Of a DNA stretch of 64,000 nt, positions 32,475 through 44,413 are shown in pieces. The notes beneath the pieces were generated by a model, which made no database searches, had not been told where the DNA came from, and was given only the letters and a program-made list of their open reading frames with translations. The stretch lies in NCBI GenBank assembly GCA_963706305.1, contig OY970152.1, positions 1,531,777 to 1,595,776 of the forward strand. Direction: 5' to 3'. This stretch comes from an uncultured Acidimicrobiaceae bacterium (GTDB lineage Bacteria > Actinomycetota > Acidimicrobiia > Acidimicrobiales > RAAP-2). The number at the start of each line of letters is the position of its first letter. The stretch's first letter is position 1. Both the position numbers and the translations under genes were made by a program.

Positions 32475-33233
32475 CTAGCGGAAAAGCTTGGCGGCGCCGC
32501 GGAGTGTGGCGACGTTGTCGTTCACCACCACGCGCCAGGGCTGGTCCTCATAGCGAGCGATATCGACGCGCCGCGAATTTCCCCCGCCCAGATGGGCGAC
32601 GTCGGCAGAGAACTCTGCCACAAAATTCGTCACCGCCATGTGCAGCCGGTCGTTCCAGAGTCCCTCGTCCTGTGAGCGGGCGTGATCCCCGAGCAGCCCG
32701 TCATATGAGGCGCCATCGAGAAAGACCTCGTCGCCCACGTCGCGAATCCGAATGTTCACGTCGTCCACCACCAGCGCGATGCCAAAGCCGGTTCCCAGCG
32801 TGAAGACCAGCTCTCGACCCCGACCCTCGCAGCACCCTAGAGCGGCCAACGTGGCGTCGTTGACGACACGAACGTCGAGGCCGCTCGCCTCGCGAAGCGC
32901 GAGCTCCAAGTCAGTGCCTTGCCACTCCTCGTGCAGCGCCGGGTCGATCGGCGAAGTGAAGCCGCCGGGCCGCGAGAGGTTGCCGGGTTCGAGGACTCGC
33001 CCGTCACGCAAGTCGCCCGGAAACCCCACTCCGATTCGAGCGCATCCGCTTCGCTCAACGTGGGCCAGTACGAAGTCGACTAGTCGCTCGGGCGTGCAGG
33101 GATACGGCGTCGGTTCACGAAGGACTTCCTCGACGAGTCGACCTTCGTCGTCCACCGCAGCGAACTTTGTGGTCGTCGCACCGATGTCGACGGCCAAAAT
33201 GGTGTCGCGGACGAGAACTGGCCGTTCGGTCAT
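32475..33233 (-). CDS. ROK-family sugar kinase (polyphosphate glucokinase-like)
   Basis: VDIGATTTK, VVNDATLAALG, TLGTGFG, LGGGNS. Confidence 0.75.
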   Translation of the reverse strand: MTERPVLVRDTILAVDIGATTTKFAAVDDEGRLVEEVLREPTPYPCTPERLVDFVLAHVERSGCARIGVGFPGDLRDGRVLEPGNLSRPGGFTSPIDPALHEEWQGTDLELALREASGLDVRVVNDATLAALGCCEGRGRELVFTLGTGFGIALVVDDVNIRIRDVGDEVFLDGASYDGLLGDHARSQDEGLWNDRLHMAVTNFVAEFSADVAHLGGGNSRRVDIARYEDQPWRVVVNDNVATLRGAAKLFR

Positions 33234-33405
33234 GGACACACCGCGGGGCAAGGTGCTGGATTGAGGATTGGGGCTCGCGACGACGACTGACGTTCGTGGG
33301 CCGTTGCGCTCATGTCATCGTGTCCTTCGCACACCACTGCTCCTCTGACCCATCGTCGGCGGCCAGCCTAACCATCGCCGCCTACGATCAGAGAACCGAC
33401 CGCTG

Positions 33406-34356
33406 TCAGTCGGTTGCGGAGTTGCCCAACGCCCGTCGTAAGACGCGCATCTGTTCGTCGATCATCCGACGCGAAACTTCGGCTGCCGCCACCTTCGAGG
33501 AGCTGTGATATGTCCCCGGGTATGAGTGAAGTTCAACGGGAACGCCTGCGTCGAGCAACGCCAAAGCGTAGAGGATGCCTTCGTCGCGCAGCGGGTCGAA
33601 CTCCATCGTCGACACATAGGCAGGTGGTAGATTCCGCAAGTCGCTGGCACGAGCGGGCGCCGCGTACGGAGACACTTCATCCGACTTCGTGGCACCGAGG
33701 TAGTAGCGCCAACTCAACTCCGCACTCGACCGATTCCATTCTGGCGTGTCGACAAACGATTGCATGCTGCGTGTCTCGAGCCGATCGTCAACGACTGGCA
33801 TTCCCAGGAATTGGAAGCGCAAACGCGGCCCGCCATGATCTCGACAGAAGAGAGCAAGTGCCGCTGCCAGGCCGCCACCGGCAGACTGTCCATAGACGCC
33901 CACTCGAGAAGGGTCGACACCAAGTTCTTCGGCGTGTTGGCTCAGCCAGTTCAGCGCGGCGAAGCAGTCGTGCAGGCCCGCGGGGAACGGGTGCTCGGGG
34001 GCTAACCGGTACTCCACCGACGCGACGACGATATCGAGCACCGACGCAAGCGCAGCAGCGTTGTCTTGCTCGGAAGAGATGCTGCCGACGACGAATCCGC
34101 CTCCATGAAGGTAGAGAAGTGCGGGCACCGTGCCAACTGCGCGGCGAGGTCGGAATACCCGCACTGCTACCACGTGATCTCCCTCGTGACCAGGAATGAT
34201 GTAGTCTACTATTTTGAGGGAAGACGCGTCGAAAGTGGTCGGCGTTGTCGCAACCATCTGGTTGAGACGTGCTCTCGCGGCGCTCACGTCAGTGATGTCG
34301 ACAGGCGGAAGGAGTGGCACGGCGCGAGCAAGCTCCGGGTCATAGGAGTAGGCCAC
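33406..34356 (-). CDS. Alpha/beta hydrolase, HSL-family esterase
   Basis: HGGGFV oxyanion motif, GQSAGG nucleophile, FDPLRDEG, YPGTYH. Confidence 0.9.
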   Translation of the reverse strand: MAYSYDPELARAVPLLPPVDITDVSAARARLNQMVATTPTTFDASSLKIVDYIIPGHEGDHVVAVRVFRPRRAVGTVPALLYLHGGGFVVGSISSEQDNAAALASVLDIVVASVEYRLAPEHPFPAGLHDCFAALNWLSQHAEELGVDPSRVGVYGQSAGGGLAAALALFCRDHGGPRLRFQFLGMPVVDDRLETRSMQSFVDTPEWNRSSAELSWRYYLGATKSDEVSPYAAPARASDLRNLPPAYVSTMEFDPLRDEGILYALALLDAGVPVELHSYPGTYHSSSKVAAAEVSRRMIDEQMRVLRRALGNSATD

Positions 34357-34400
34357 ACGTCACTTTTATCACGGTCCGCCGGCGGTGAACGCTGACGGCG

Positions 34401-35141
34401 TTATGCCGTCAGAACCATCGGCGCTCCTGCAGTGACGACCATGGTGTGCTCGCACTGCGCGACGAGACTTCCGTCACTCGTGCGCAGTGTCCAACCGTCT
34501 CTATCCTCAACGACTACCTGTGCTGAAACCGAGAGAAACGGTTCGACGGCGAGCACCATGCCCTCGTGCAAACGGCCACGCTGGCCGTCGTCGTAGTTCG
34601 GGATCGAGGGATGCTGGTGCAACGCGCTGCCGACGCCGTGGCCGCAGAGATTCTTGATCGTGCGAAAGCCGTAGCGTCGCGCTCGCGTGTAGACAACACG
34701 GCCGATGCTGCCGATGCGCTCACCTGCACGAGCTGCGTCCATCGCGTCGCGACTCGCGATGGATGTCGCCTCGATGAGTTTCGTGGCCACCCCGGGAACG
34801 GTACCGACTGCCGTGCTGATGCCGGTGTCGGACCAGAAGCCATCGAGTTCCGCCGAGACGTCGATGTTCACGAGATCACCGTCGTGCACATGGCGCGTGA
34901 GCGACGGAATGCCGTGGGCCGCCTCATCGTTGATGCTGATGCACGTGAAACCGGGAAAGTTGTATGTCACGCGTGGGGCTGAACGTGCGCCATGCCGGCG
35001 CATCGTGTCGCGCCCAATAGCGTCAAGCTCTCCTGTGGTTACGCCAGGCCGCAGGGCCGCGACCATCGAGTCACGCGCTTCGGCAACGACGCGGCTCACT
35101 CGGCGCAGTCCTTCGAGCTCTTCTTGACTGTTAATCGTCAC
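34401..35141 (-). CDS. map: Type I methionine aminopeptidase
   Basis: CISINDEAAHGIP, GDLVNID, SDTG, GHGVG..H, AVEPF, AQCEHT; GTG start at 35141. Confidence 0.93.
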   Translation of the reverse strand: MTINSQEELEGLRRVSRVVAEARDSMVAALRPGVTTGELDAIGRDTMRRHGARSAPRVTYNFPGFTCISINDEAAHGIPSLTRHVHDGDLVNIDVSAELDGFWSDTGISTAVGTVPGVATKLIEATSIASRDAMDAARAGERIGSIGRVVYTRARRYGFRTIKNLCGHGVGSALHQHPSIPNYDDGQRGRLHEGMVLAVEPFLSVSAQVVVEDRDGWTLRTSDGSLVAQCEHTMVVTAGAPMVLTA

Positions 35142-35289
35142 GTTCTCATCACTATCACGGACAAAACCGCCCGCGTTGGCGCCAATCTCCAGAAGGGGAA
35201 TCGGATCAGCGACACACCTGTCCGCAGGACGTTTAGAGTCGAAAACCCGATTCACTTACAGCTCCGGACAATCGTCGAAGGAAGACCAC

Positions 35290-36168
35290 ATGGCAAGCGC
35301 ATCATCTCCGGGCGGCACCTTCACCATGGCCGAAGGACTGACCGTATCTCGCGTCGGCTTCGGCGCAATGCAGCTCGCTGGCCCGGGAGTGTTTGGTCCG
35401 CCGAGAGACCATGACGGGGCCATCGCCGTGTTGCGCGAAGCCGTGGCGCTCGGGATCACTCACATCGATACGAGCGACTACTACGGTCCGCGGGTGACGA
35501 ATCTGCTCATCAAAGAAGCTCTCTATCCGTACCCGGAGTCTCTTCACATCGTCACCAAGGTTGGCGCGTACCGCGACTTTCGAGGCGGGTGGCTGCACTC
35601 TCGAAGGCCCGAACAGTTGCGTCAAGCAGTACACGACAACTTGATCAATCTTGGCCTCGACGCGATCGACGTCGTGAACTTGCGCATGGGAGGCGGATCG
35701 GACGGACACTCCGCGGTCGATGACTCCCTCGCCGAGCAGTTCGAGGAGTTGGCGCTGCTACAACAAGAGGGACTCATCAAGCATCTCGGTGTGAGCACGG
35801 TGTCCGCCGAACAGATAGCCGAAGCTCAGGCGATTGCATCCGTGGTGTGCGTGCAAAATCACTACAACGTCGCATATCGAGGTGACGACGACATCGTTGA
35901 TTCATTAGCCGCCCAAGGAATCGCGTACGTGCCGTATTTTCCGCTCGGCGGTTTTAGTCCTCTACAGTCCGACACGTTGAATTCTGTGGCGGCACGCATC
36001 GGCGCCACGCCGCCCGCTGTGGCGCAAGCGTGGCTGCTGCAGCGATCTCCCAACATCCTCGTTATCTCGGGTACTTCGTCGCTCGCCCATTTGCGCGAGA
36101 ACGTCGCGGCGGCGGATTTGCAGCTGTCCGACGCGGACGTCGCGGAACTCGACTCCATTACATCGTGA
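35290..36168 (+). CDS. Aldo/keto reductase
   Basis: GFGAMQLAG, IDTSDYYG, HIVTKVG, VQNHYN, YFPLGG. Confidence 0.92.
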   Translation: MASASSPGGTFTMAEGLTVSRVGFGAMQLAGPGVFGPPRDHDGAIAVLREAVALGITHIDTSDYYGPRVTNLLIKEALYPYPESLHIVTKVGAYRDFRGGWLHSRRPEQLRQAVHDNLINLGLDAIDVVNLRMGGGSDGHSAVDDSLAEQFEELALLQQEGLIKHLGVSTVSAEQIAEAQAIASVVCVQNHYNVAYRGDDDIVDSLAAQGIAYVPYFPLGGFSPLQSDTLNSVAARIGATPPAVAQAWLLQRSPNILVISGTSSLAHLRENVAAADLQLSDADVAELDSITS

Positions 36169-36217
36169 TTCTGTTCGAAGTTGGATCGATGCAGTTCGCC
36201 CGTTAGGCGATCGCTCC

Positions 36218-36260
36218 CGAGCCCCTGCCAAGGCGTAGATCCACGCTTGGCAGGGGCTCG
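36218..36260. terminator. Strong hairpin between convergent AKR and lon (likely bidirectional terminator)
   Basis: Perfect 15-bp inverted repeat CGAGCCCCTGCCAAG / CTTGGCAGGGGCTCG. Confidence 0.75.
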
Positions 36261-36268
36261 AGAGTTCT

Positions 36269-38611
<2,343 letters not shown>

Positions 38612-38713
38612 GTTTCATCCTTCTTTCGAGGTGGCTCGCGCCACCAGCCTTCCCACCGAGCTCGCGGTGAAAGTGCTGGTTCCGTGCCGGTGAACTCGAA
38701 ATCGGGGTAATCA

Positions 38714-38719
38714 ATTATA
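38714..38719 (-). promoter_or_regulatory. -10 box upstream of lon
   Basis: TATAAT on the minus strand about 100 nt before the lon start; no clear -35. Confidence 0.5.
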
Positions 38720-38806
38720 CGGGTGCGAGCGAATATTCCGTTCGGGTCACGAATCGTCGCTAAAACATAGACTCACGGAATCGCGTCACCGTGGAGAGGA
38801 GCACCC

Positions 38807-39262
38807 ATGGCACTAGCGCCCGGTGAAGTGGCCCCTGATTTCAAGCTTCTCGCCACTCCTGATCAAAGTCTCAGCCTTTCGGAGCTCGACGGGCCGGTCG
38901 TTCTGATCTTCTATCCCGCGGACTGGAGTCCGGTGTGCGGCGACGAACTCACGATGTTCGAAGCGGCGAGCAAGCTGTTCCACGACCGCGGCGCCCAACT
39001 GCTCGGCGTCTCGGTTGACGGCGTCTGGTGCCATCAGGCCTTCCGGGCGGACCGCAAGATCGAGTTCCCGCTGTTGTCCGACTTCGAGCCAAAAGGTGGG
39101 ATCGCGCGCGCCTACGGGGTCTACCGAGATGCAGAAGGAGTGAGCGATCGCGCTCTGTTTGTGATTGATCGCGACCGCAAGGTCACGTGGAGTTATGTGT
39201 CGCCGATTGGCGTAAACCCGGGTGCCGACGGTGCCCTCAAAGCCGTAGAGGAGTTGTCATGA
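38807..39262 (+). CDS. Peroxiredoxin (AhpC/TSA family)
   Basis: FYPADWSPVCGDE peroxidatic Cys, GVSVDG, LLSDFEPKG, DRALFVID. Confidence 0.9.
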   Translation: MALAPGEVAPDFKLLATPDQSLSLSELDGPVVLIFYPADWSPVCGDELTMFEAASKLFHDRGAQLLGVSVDGVWCHQAFRADRKIEFPLLSDFEPKGGIARAYGVYRDAEGVSDRALFVIDRDRKVTWSYVSPIGVNPGADGALKAVEELS

Positions 39263-39801
39263 CCGAAGCAAGACTTTCTGTTCCCGTGAGCGACAAGGAT
39301 CACTCGGAGGGGCCCCTCGACGCGAAGATCACGCTGGTTGAGTACGGGGACTACGAGTGCCCGTACTGCGGCCAGGCGTTCCCCATCGTTGAAAAGATTC
39401 GTAGCACCTTCGGTGACTCACTGCGATTCGTCTTTCGCAACCTGCCGATCGCCGAGGCGCACCCTCACGCCGAGCAGGCGGCGGAGATGGCCGAAGCGGT
39501 CGGACTCCAGGGTGACGACAAGTTCTGGGCCATTCACAACATGCTGTACGAGAACCAGCACGCGCTGAGCGAAGACGCGCTCTATGGCTACGCGAAGGAC
39601 GTGGGAGCCGACGTCGACAAGGTTCGCAAGGCTATTGCCGAAGGGGCGCCGTGCCGGCGCGTCGAGGCTGACTTCGAAAGCGCGATCCGAAGCGGCGCCA
39701 ATGGAACGCCCACCTTCTTCATCAACGGCGGTCGCTACGACGGGTCGTGGAACTACGAGCCCTTCGAGACCTATCTCCACGAAGTATTGCGCGGGCTGTA
39801 G
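39259..39801 (+). CDS. DsbA/thioredoxin-fold protein
   Basis: EYGDYECPYC, FRNLP, GANGTPTFFING; ATGA overlap with peroxiredoxin. Confidence 0.9.
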   Translation: MTEARLSVPVSDKDHSEGPLDAKITLVEYGDYECPYCGQAFPIVEKIRSTFGDSLRFVFRNLPIAEAHPHAEQAAEMAEAVGLQGDDKFWAIHNMLYENQHALSEDALYGYAKDVGADVDKVRKAIAEGAPCRRVEADFESAIRSGANGTPTFFINGGRYDGSWNYEPFETYLHEVLRGL

Positions 39802-39837
39802 CTCTCAACAACCGTTGACGTTGAGCGACAATGACCG

Positions 39838-40032
39838 TCAGGTTGCGCTACGCCGGCGCCAAGCCCAGCCGAGGAGTACTGCGCCGATGACGAGAAGAAC
39901 CACTCCGAACGCCGTATAGCTGCTGTGGCCACTCATACTGGATCCGTGGATCACGTTCGCGCCTTGCAAGATCCACACAACGCCCACCACGCTCAGTAAC
40001 GCTCCGATAACGACACGCATTAACCCGGCCAT
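39838..40032 (-). CDS. Small 2-TM membrane protein
   Basis: Two hydrophobic helices joined by WILQGANVIHGSSMSG; basic C-terminus; co-oriented after cytochrome b. Confidence 0.65.
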   Translation of the reverse strand: MAGLMRVVIGALLSVVGVVWILQGANVIHGSSMSGHSSYTAFGVVLLVIGAVLLGWAWRRRSAT

Positions 40033-40076
40033 TCCATCTCCTCGAGACTCTTCGATAGACGACTACCGTCAACAGG

Positions 40077-40727
40077 CTACGTATGTTCACCCGCATCGCT
40101 GGTTGACTCAACCTCTTTCAGCCATCCGGCCGCGTGGGTTGCCGCCCACTTCTCGCTCACCCAGCCCTTGAAGATCGAGCGCAGGGAATCACGGTGGGTG
40201 AGGGCCATGTAGATGTGGCCGAAGACAACGATGAAGATGAGCAGCGCGAATGTGTCGTGCACGAACGTCGCCCCTTGACGCCATGGCACCGGGAAGAAGC
40301 GGAACCATTGGAGTATTGCGCCGGTCGCAAGCATCACGACGATCACCGCTCCGATGAAGAGCGCGTTCAACTTCTGACCCGGATTGAACTTGTCGGCCTC
40401 GAGGGAAGTCCGACCCATCGACTGCAGCCAGCGGATCTCGGCGCGAGTCCAATAGCTAAAGCGCCGAACATCGCGACGCATCTGACGTCCCCAGGGACCA
40501 AGCATGGAGATGATGACCGGCAAGGGCAGCGTCAGCCCCGTCCACAGATGTATCTGAGCGATGAGGTGGCGGGGGAACACGATGCCGAAGAATGAACCGA
40601 AGTAGAGGGGGATCGCCGTGAACATGAGGATGCCGAAGAGCCCCGCGTTGGCCCAGTGCGCGGCGCGCTGTACGCGATCAAAGCGCAGGATCTTGATTAC
40701 GTCGCGCGGCGTGTGCGTGATTGTCAT
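40077..40727 (-). CDS. Cytochrome b/b6 (FdnI-like) membrane subunit
   Basis: RFDRVQRAAHW, four heme-ligand His (AHW, IHL, VHD, GHI), KFNPGQKLN. Confidence 0.88.
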   Translation of the reverse strand: MTITHTPRDVIKILRFDRVQRAAHWANAGLFGILMFTAIPLYFGSFFGIVFPRHLIAQIHLWTGLTLPLPVIISMLGPWGRQMRRDVRRFSYWTRAEIRWLQSMGRTSLEADKFNPGQKLNALFIGAVIVVMLATGAILQWFRFFPVPWRQGATFVHDTFALLIFIVVFGHIYMALTHRDSLRSIFKGWVSEKWAATHAAGWLKEVESTSDAGEHT

Positions 40728-40729
40728 GG

Positions 40730-41452
40730 CTAGGTGAGTCCTGGATCGGGATCGTTCGGCCCGGTCGTGCCATCGAGCCAGCCGTTGACCGGATAACCGT
40801 TTTGTTCCCAGAAGCCCGGCTGCACCACGTTGACCGCTTTGATGGCAGACAGCCACTTCAGCGATTTGTAGCCGAACATCGGCGCCACGTAGAGACGCAC
40901 TGGACCCCCGTGCGGCGTCGTGATCGGGGCCTCGAGCATGCTGTAGGCGACGATGACGTCGGGCAGGTGCGCCTGGTCTAGGGTGAGGCTCTCTGAGTCA
41001 GCCCCGTCGTAGGACTCGAACGTGAGCGCGACCGCGCTCGACTTCACACCGACGGTCTCCAAGATGTGCGAGAGACGAACGCCTTCCCAGTGGACGTTCG
41101 GTACCCGCCACCCGGTGACGCACTGAAAGTCGAGATCAAGCTTCGTCGCGGGCATACCTTTGAGGTCATCGAGCGTGAAGGTCATCGGTCGATCGACCAG
41201 TCCGCTCACCTTCAGTCGGTAGTCGCTGTCGCGAATCTTTGGGTACTTGCCGGTGATGGAGTAGATGCGGAATCGATCACCACCAGGAAGGAGTCCTCCG
41301 AAGCCCGAGCCAAAGACGTTGCCGAGGAAGTTCTGGATGCTGGCCCCGAAGACGACGCCGAGAGCGCCGAGCCCCGTCACTCCAAGGAACACTCGTCGGC
41401 CCACGGCGACGCGCTTGGTGGGACGCGGCGAGTTCCCGGGAGCAATGGTCAT
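40730..41452 (-). CDS. Sulfite-oxidase-family (MsrP/YedY-like) molybdopterin oxidoreductase with Tat signal
   Basis: GRRVFLG twin-arginine motif, DFQCVTGW Moco Cys, HGGPVRL, GYKSLKW, GFWEQNGY. Confidence 0.88.
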   Translation of the reverse strand: MTIAPGNSPRPTKRVAVGRRVFLGVTGLGALGVVFGASIQNFLGNVFGSGFGGLLPGGDRFRIYSITGKYPKIRDSDYRLKVSGLVDRPMTFTLDDLKGMPATKLDLDFQCVTGWRVPNVHWEGVRLSHILETVGVKSSAVALTFESYDGADSESLTLDQAHLPDVIVAYSMLEAPITTPHGGPVRLYVAPMFGYKSLKWLSAIKAVNVVQPGFWEQNGYPVNGWLDGTTGPNDPDPGLT

Positions 41453-41613
41453 CTGCTGAGTACCGCGATGTTGGCGTCGATGTTCACCGGGGCGACAAAG
41501 TAGGCGCGAACGCGACGCGCCTCGCACCACGCATTCACAAGATTCATCGCAGTCCCTCTCGTCTCATCCTAAAAGTGGCGCTTCGACCATGCATCGCAAT
41601 AACTAAGAAGTTG

Positions 41614-41952
41614 CTAAAGGCTCAGCGAGGAGGCAGCGATGGTCATGCCCTTGATGGTCCCCGTTACCGCGACCATGGCGCCCGCCCTCAGATCCTTCTT
41701 CGAGCCCATGATCCAGTGGGTCATGGCGTCATAGTGGACGGTGTAGAGGTCCTTTCCGACTTTGACGGTGAACGACTCCGTCGTGCCCATCGTCGCATTG
41801 AGCTTTTTCACGGTGCCGTGCCAGGTCTTTGCCATTGTGGCGTGACTGTGCACAGCGGCGCTGGCGGGACCCGTGATCGCGACGCCGACGCCGGCTCCGA
41901 GCGAAGCGACAGCGAGGGTTGGTACGGCTAGAGCGGCAAACAATCTCTTCAT
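41614..41952 (-). CDS. Small secreted Met/His-rich beta protein (OB-fold/DUF5666-like)
   Basis: Signal peptide ending ASA; about 80-aa mature part with 6 Met and 5 His; ATG at 41952 with GGAG RBS. Confidence 0.7.
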   Translation of the reverse strand: MKRLFAALAVPTLAVASLGAGVGVAITGPASAAVHSHATMAKTWHGTVKKLNATMGTTESFTVKVGKDLYTVHYDAMTHWIMGSKKDLRAGAMVAVTGTIKGMTIAASSLSL

Positions 41953-42072
41953 AAAGCTCCTCCATGCATCAGGCAGCCAAAGCCGCGACGTTGGACTACT
42001 TCGTCCTTGTTGCAGTCTTTGTGCGACCCATCGCGTTACAACCTCGGCGACCAACCTGAAAATCGCTGGGCG

Positions 42073-42555
42073 TTACGAAGTGGGAGGGACGAGCCGGCCC
42101 CAGTCGCCCGACTTGCCACCTGATTTCTCCAAGAGCACGAGATCGTCGACGTGTGCCGATGGATCCTGTTCGAGCAGGGCATTCAGGATGCTGAGTGCGG
42201 TGATCGCGCATGTGACCAGTGCTTCCATCTCCACGCCGGTCTGGTCGACGGTAACGACCCTTGCATGGATCTCGAGGCCGGTGGGCACGGGTGTCACATC
42301 AACCTGCACGTCACTGATACTGAGGGGGTGGCAGAGGGGGATGAGCGTCGCGGTCTGCTTCGCCGCGAGTATCCCCGCGATGCGCGATGCGTGAATCGGG
42401 TCGACCTCACTCGAGTGCAGCGAAAAGAGATCGATGTCCGTGACAACAAGGCAGCTTGCGTGCGAGGTTCGTCGCGTAGCGGGCTTCTCTGACACGTCGA
42501 CCATCCGCAGCTTCCCCGTGACATCTACGTGCGTGAAGGGCTTGGACTCTTTCAT
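42073..42555 (-). CDS. moaC: Cyclic pyranopterin monophosphate synthase
   Basis: RMVDVSEK, AAKQTATLIPLCHP, TGVEMEAL, LEKSGGKSG. Confidence 0.93.
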   Translation of the reverse strand: MKESKPFTHVDVTGKLRMVDVSEKPATRRTSHASCLVVTDIDLFSLHSSEVDPIHASRIAGILAAKQTATLIPLCHPLSISDVQVDVTPVPTGLEIHARVVTVDQTGVEMEALVTCAITALSILNALLEQDPSAHVDDLVLLEKSGGKSGDWGRLVPPTS

Positions 42556-42884
42556 GGCCTCCCTCGTCGAAGCATCGCCGAAGGTTGAGTAGTGAATCAG
42601 GTGATTCTGCGAGCCACCTTACATGGACCACTCCGCGAACTCTCGCGCGCGCATTCCTTGTGGATCCCTCGAAAGTCAACGCCGGTAGCATCCAGTTACG
42701 GCGTCATTGAAGATCGCGTCGAGGGGGATTGGAGCCTATGGAGTTGGCGAACGAAAGCAGCGGCGCGCGTACCCGCGCGGTGCCCGACGCCTTCGATGCC
42801 CCGATGTCCACAAACGGTTCCTCGGCGGTGTCGATCTCGGTTCGCCCTCACCCTTCGTCGCGCGATGACGCGCACGCTACCGTG

Positions 42885-43877
42885 ATGCCGACCGACGGCC
42901 CGATCGTCGACCGTTACGGGCGTGTGCACACGGACATGCGTATCTCGGTCACGGACCGATGCAATTTGCGCTGTGTGTACTGCATGGCCGAAGAGGGGAT
43001 GACGTTTCTGCCTCGGTCTCAAGTGTTGAGCTTTGAAGAGATTGCGCGCGTTGCGCGCGTTGCCCACGAACTTGGCGTCACGTCATTGCGCCTGACAGGT
43101 GGCGAGCCGCTCGTTCGCAGGAATCTTCCCTCGCTGGTGTCGATGCTCGCTGCGAACGGCTTCGATGACCTTGCTCTCACCACCAACGCGATGCTGCTGG
43201 GTGATCTCGCGACGACGCTGGTTGACGCCGGGCTCACACGCGTCAACGTGAGCTGTGACTCGTTACGGCCCGAGCGCTTCGGCACGATTCGCCGGCGCGG
43301 CGATCTCGACACGGTGCTCGCCGCGATGGACGTCGCCGAAGACGCAGGACTACGTCCACTCAAGGTGAACGTCGTACTGATCCGCGGTACGAACGATGAC
43401 GAGATCCTGGACTTCGCGATGTTTGCACGCGAGACCGGACGCATCGTCCGATTCATTGAGTTCATGCCCCTCGACGCGGAGGGCCACTGGGGTCGCGAAC
43501 AGCTCGTCTCGGGGAGTGATGTCTTCGCGATGATCGACGCGGAGTGGCCCCTCGAGGCGATCGGCGACACCGGACCAGCTCCCGCCGAGCGCTTTCGATT
43601 CCTAGACGGCAACGGCGAGATCGGACTCATCTCGTCAGTCACTCAGCCGTTCTGTGGGACGTGCAATCGTCTTCGTCTCACGGCCGACGGAGCGATTCGC
43701 AACTGCCTCTTCTCTGACGACGAGCACGCGGTTCGTGATGTCATGCGCCTTGGCGGCAGCGACGAGGATCTCGCACTGTTGCTTCGTCAAGCTGTGTGGT
43801 CGAAGTTCCCCGGGCACGCCATCAACGAGCCAGGCTTCTTGCACCCCGTGCGTTCGATGTCAATGATCGGCGGTTGA
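42885..43877 (+). CDS. moaA: GTP 3',8-cyclase (radical SAM)
   Basis: RISVTDRCNLRCVYC, LTGGEP, FCGTCNRLRLTADG, C-terminal MIGG; start could lie up to 42729. Confidence 0.95.
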   Translation: MPTDGPIVDRYGRVHTDMRISVTDRCNLRCVYCMAEEGMTFLPRSQVLSFEEIARVARVAHELGVTSLRLTGGEPLVRRNLPSLVSMLAANGFDDLALTTNAMLLGDLATTLVDAGLTRVNVSCDSLRPERFGTIRRRGDLDTVLAAMDVAEDAGLRPLKVNVVLIRGTNDDEILDFAMFARETGRIVRFIEFMPLDAEGHWGREQLVSGSDVFAMIDAEWPLEAIGDTGPAPAERFRFLDGNGEIGLISSVTQPFCGTCNRLRLTADGAIRNCLFSDDEHAVRDVMRLGGSDEDLALLLRQAVWSKFPGHAINEPGFLHPVRSMSMIGG

Positions 43878-43920
43878 GCCGGCCGTCGTCGAGGTTCAAC
43901 GGCGAAAGTAGGGTGAGTTC

Positions 43921-44385
43921 GTGACCGTCACGTCAACCGCAGATTGGGTGAGCGTTACGTCGCTACCGCTGTCGCCCGACGAGCTCGCCGCGTGGGCGGT
44001 GCGGCCTGATTGCGGCGCGGTGGTCACCTTTTGTGGCACGGCGCGCAGTTCGTCAACCACCGGCCATGACATCCAAGCGCTTGAGTATGAGACCAGCGAA
44101 GAGCTCGCCGAAGATCGCATCGCCGAGGTCGTCGCGTCGGCACGCACGCGCTGGCCAGAGATTGGCAACGTTGCCGTCCATCATCGTGTCGGCGTGGTGG
44201 CGCTGAGTCAGCCGGCGGTTGTCGTGGTCGTGTCCTCGCCCCACCGACAAGAAGCCTTCGAAGCGGCCCAGTTCTGTATCGACACGGTCAAGCGATGCGT
44301 GCCGATGTGGAAACGCGAGGTCTGGGAGGGCGGATCAGCGTGGAGCGAGGAGGCCCAGCCCATTCTTCGAGTCGAAGACGTGTGA
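43921..44385 (+). CDS. moaE: Molybdopterin synthase catalytic subunit
   Basis: CGAVVTFCG, HHRVG, SSPHRQEAF, VPMWKRE. Confidence 0.93.
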   Translation: MTVTSTADWVSVTSLPLSPDELAAWAVRPDCGAVVTFCGTARSSSTTGHDIQALEYETSEELAEDRIAEVVASARTRWPEIGNVAVHHRVGVVALSQPAVVVVVSSPHRQEAFEAAQFCIDTVKRCVPMWKREVWEGGSAWSEEAQPILRVEDV

Positions 44386-44413
44386 CGACTTTTGCAGCGG
44401 TTCGAGGAGTCCG

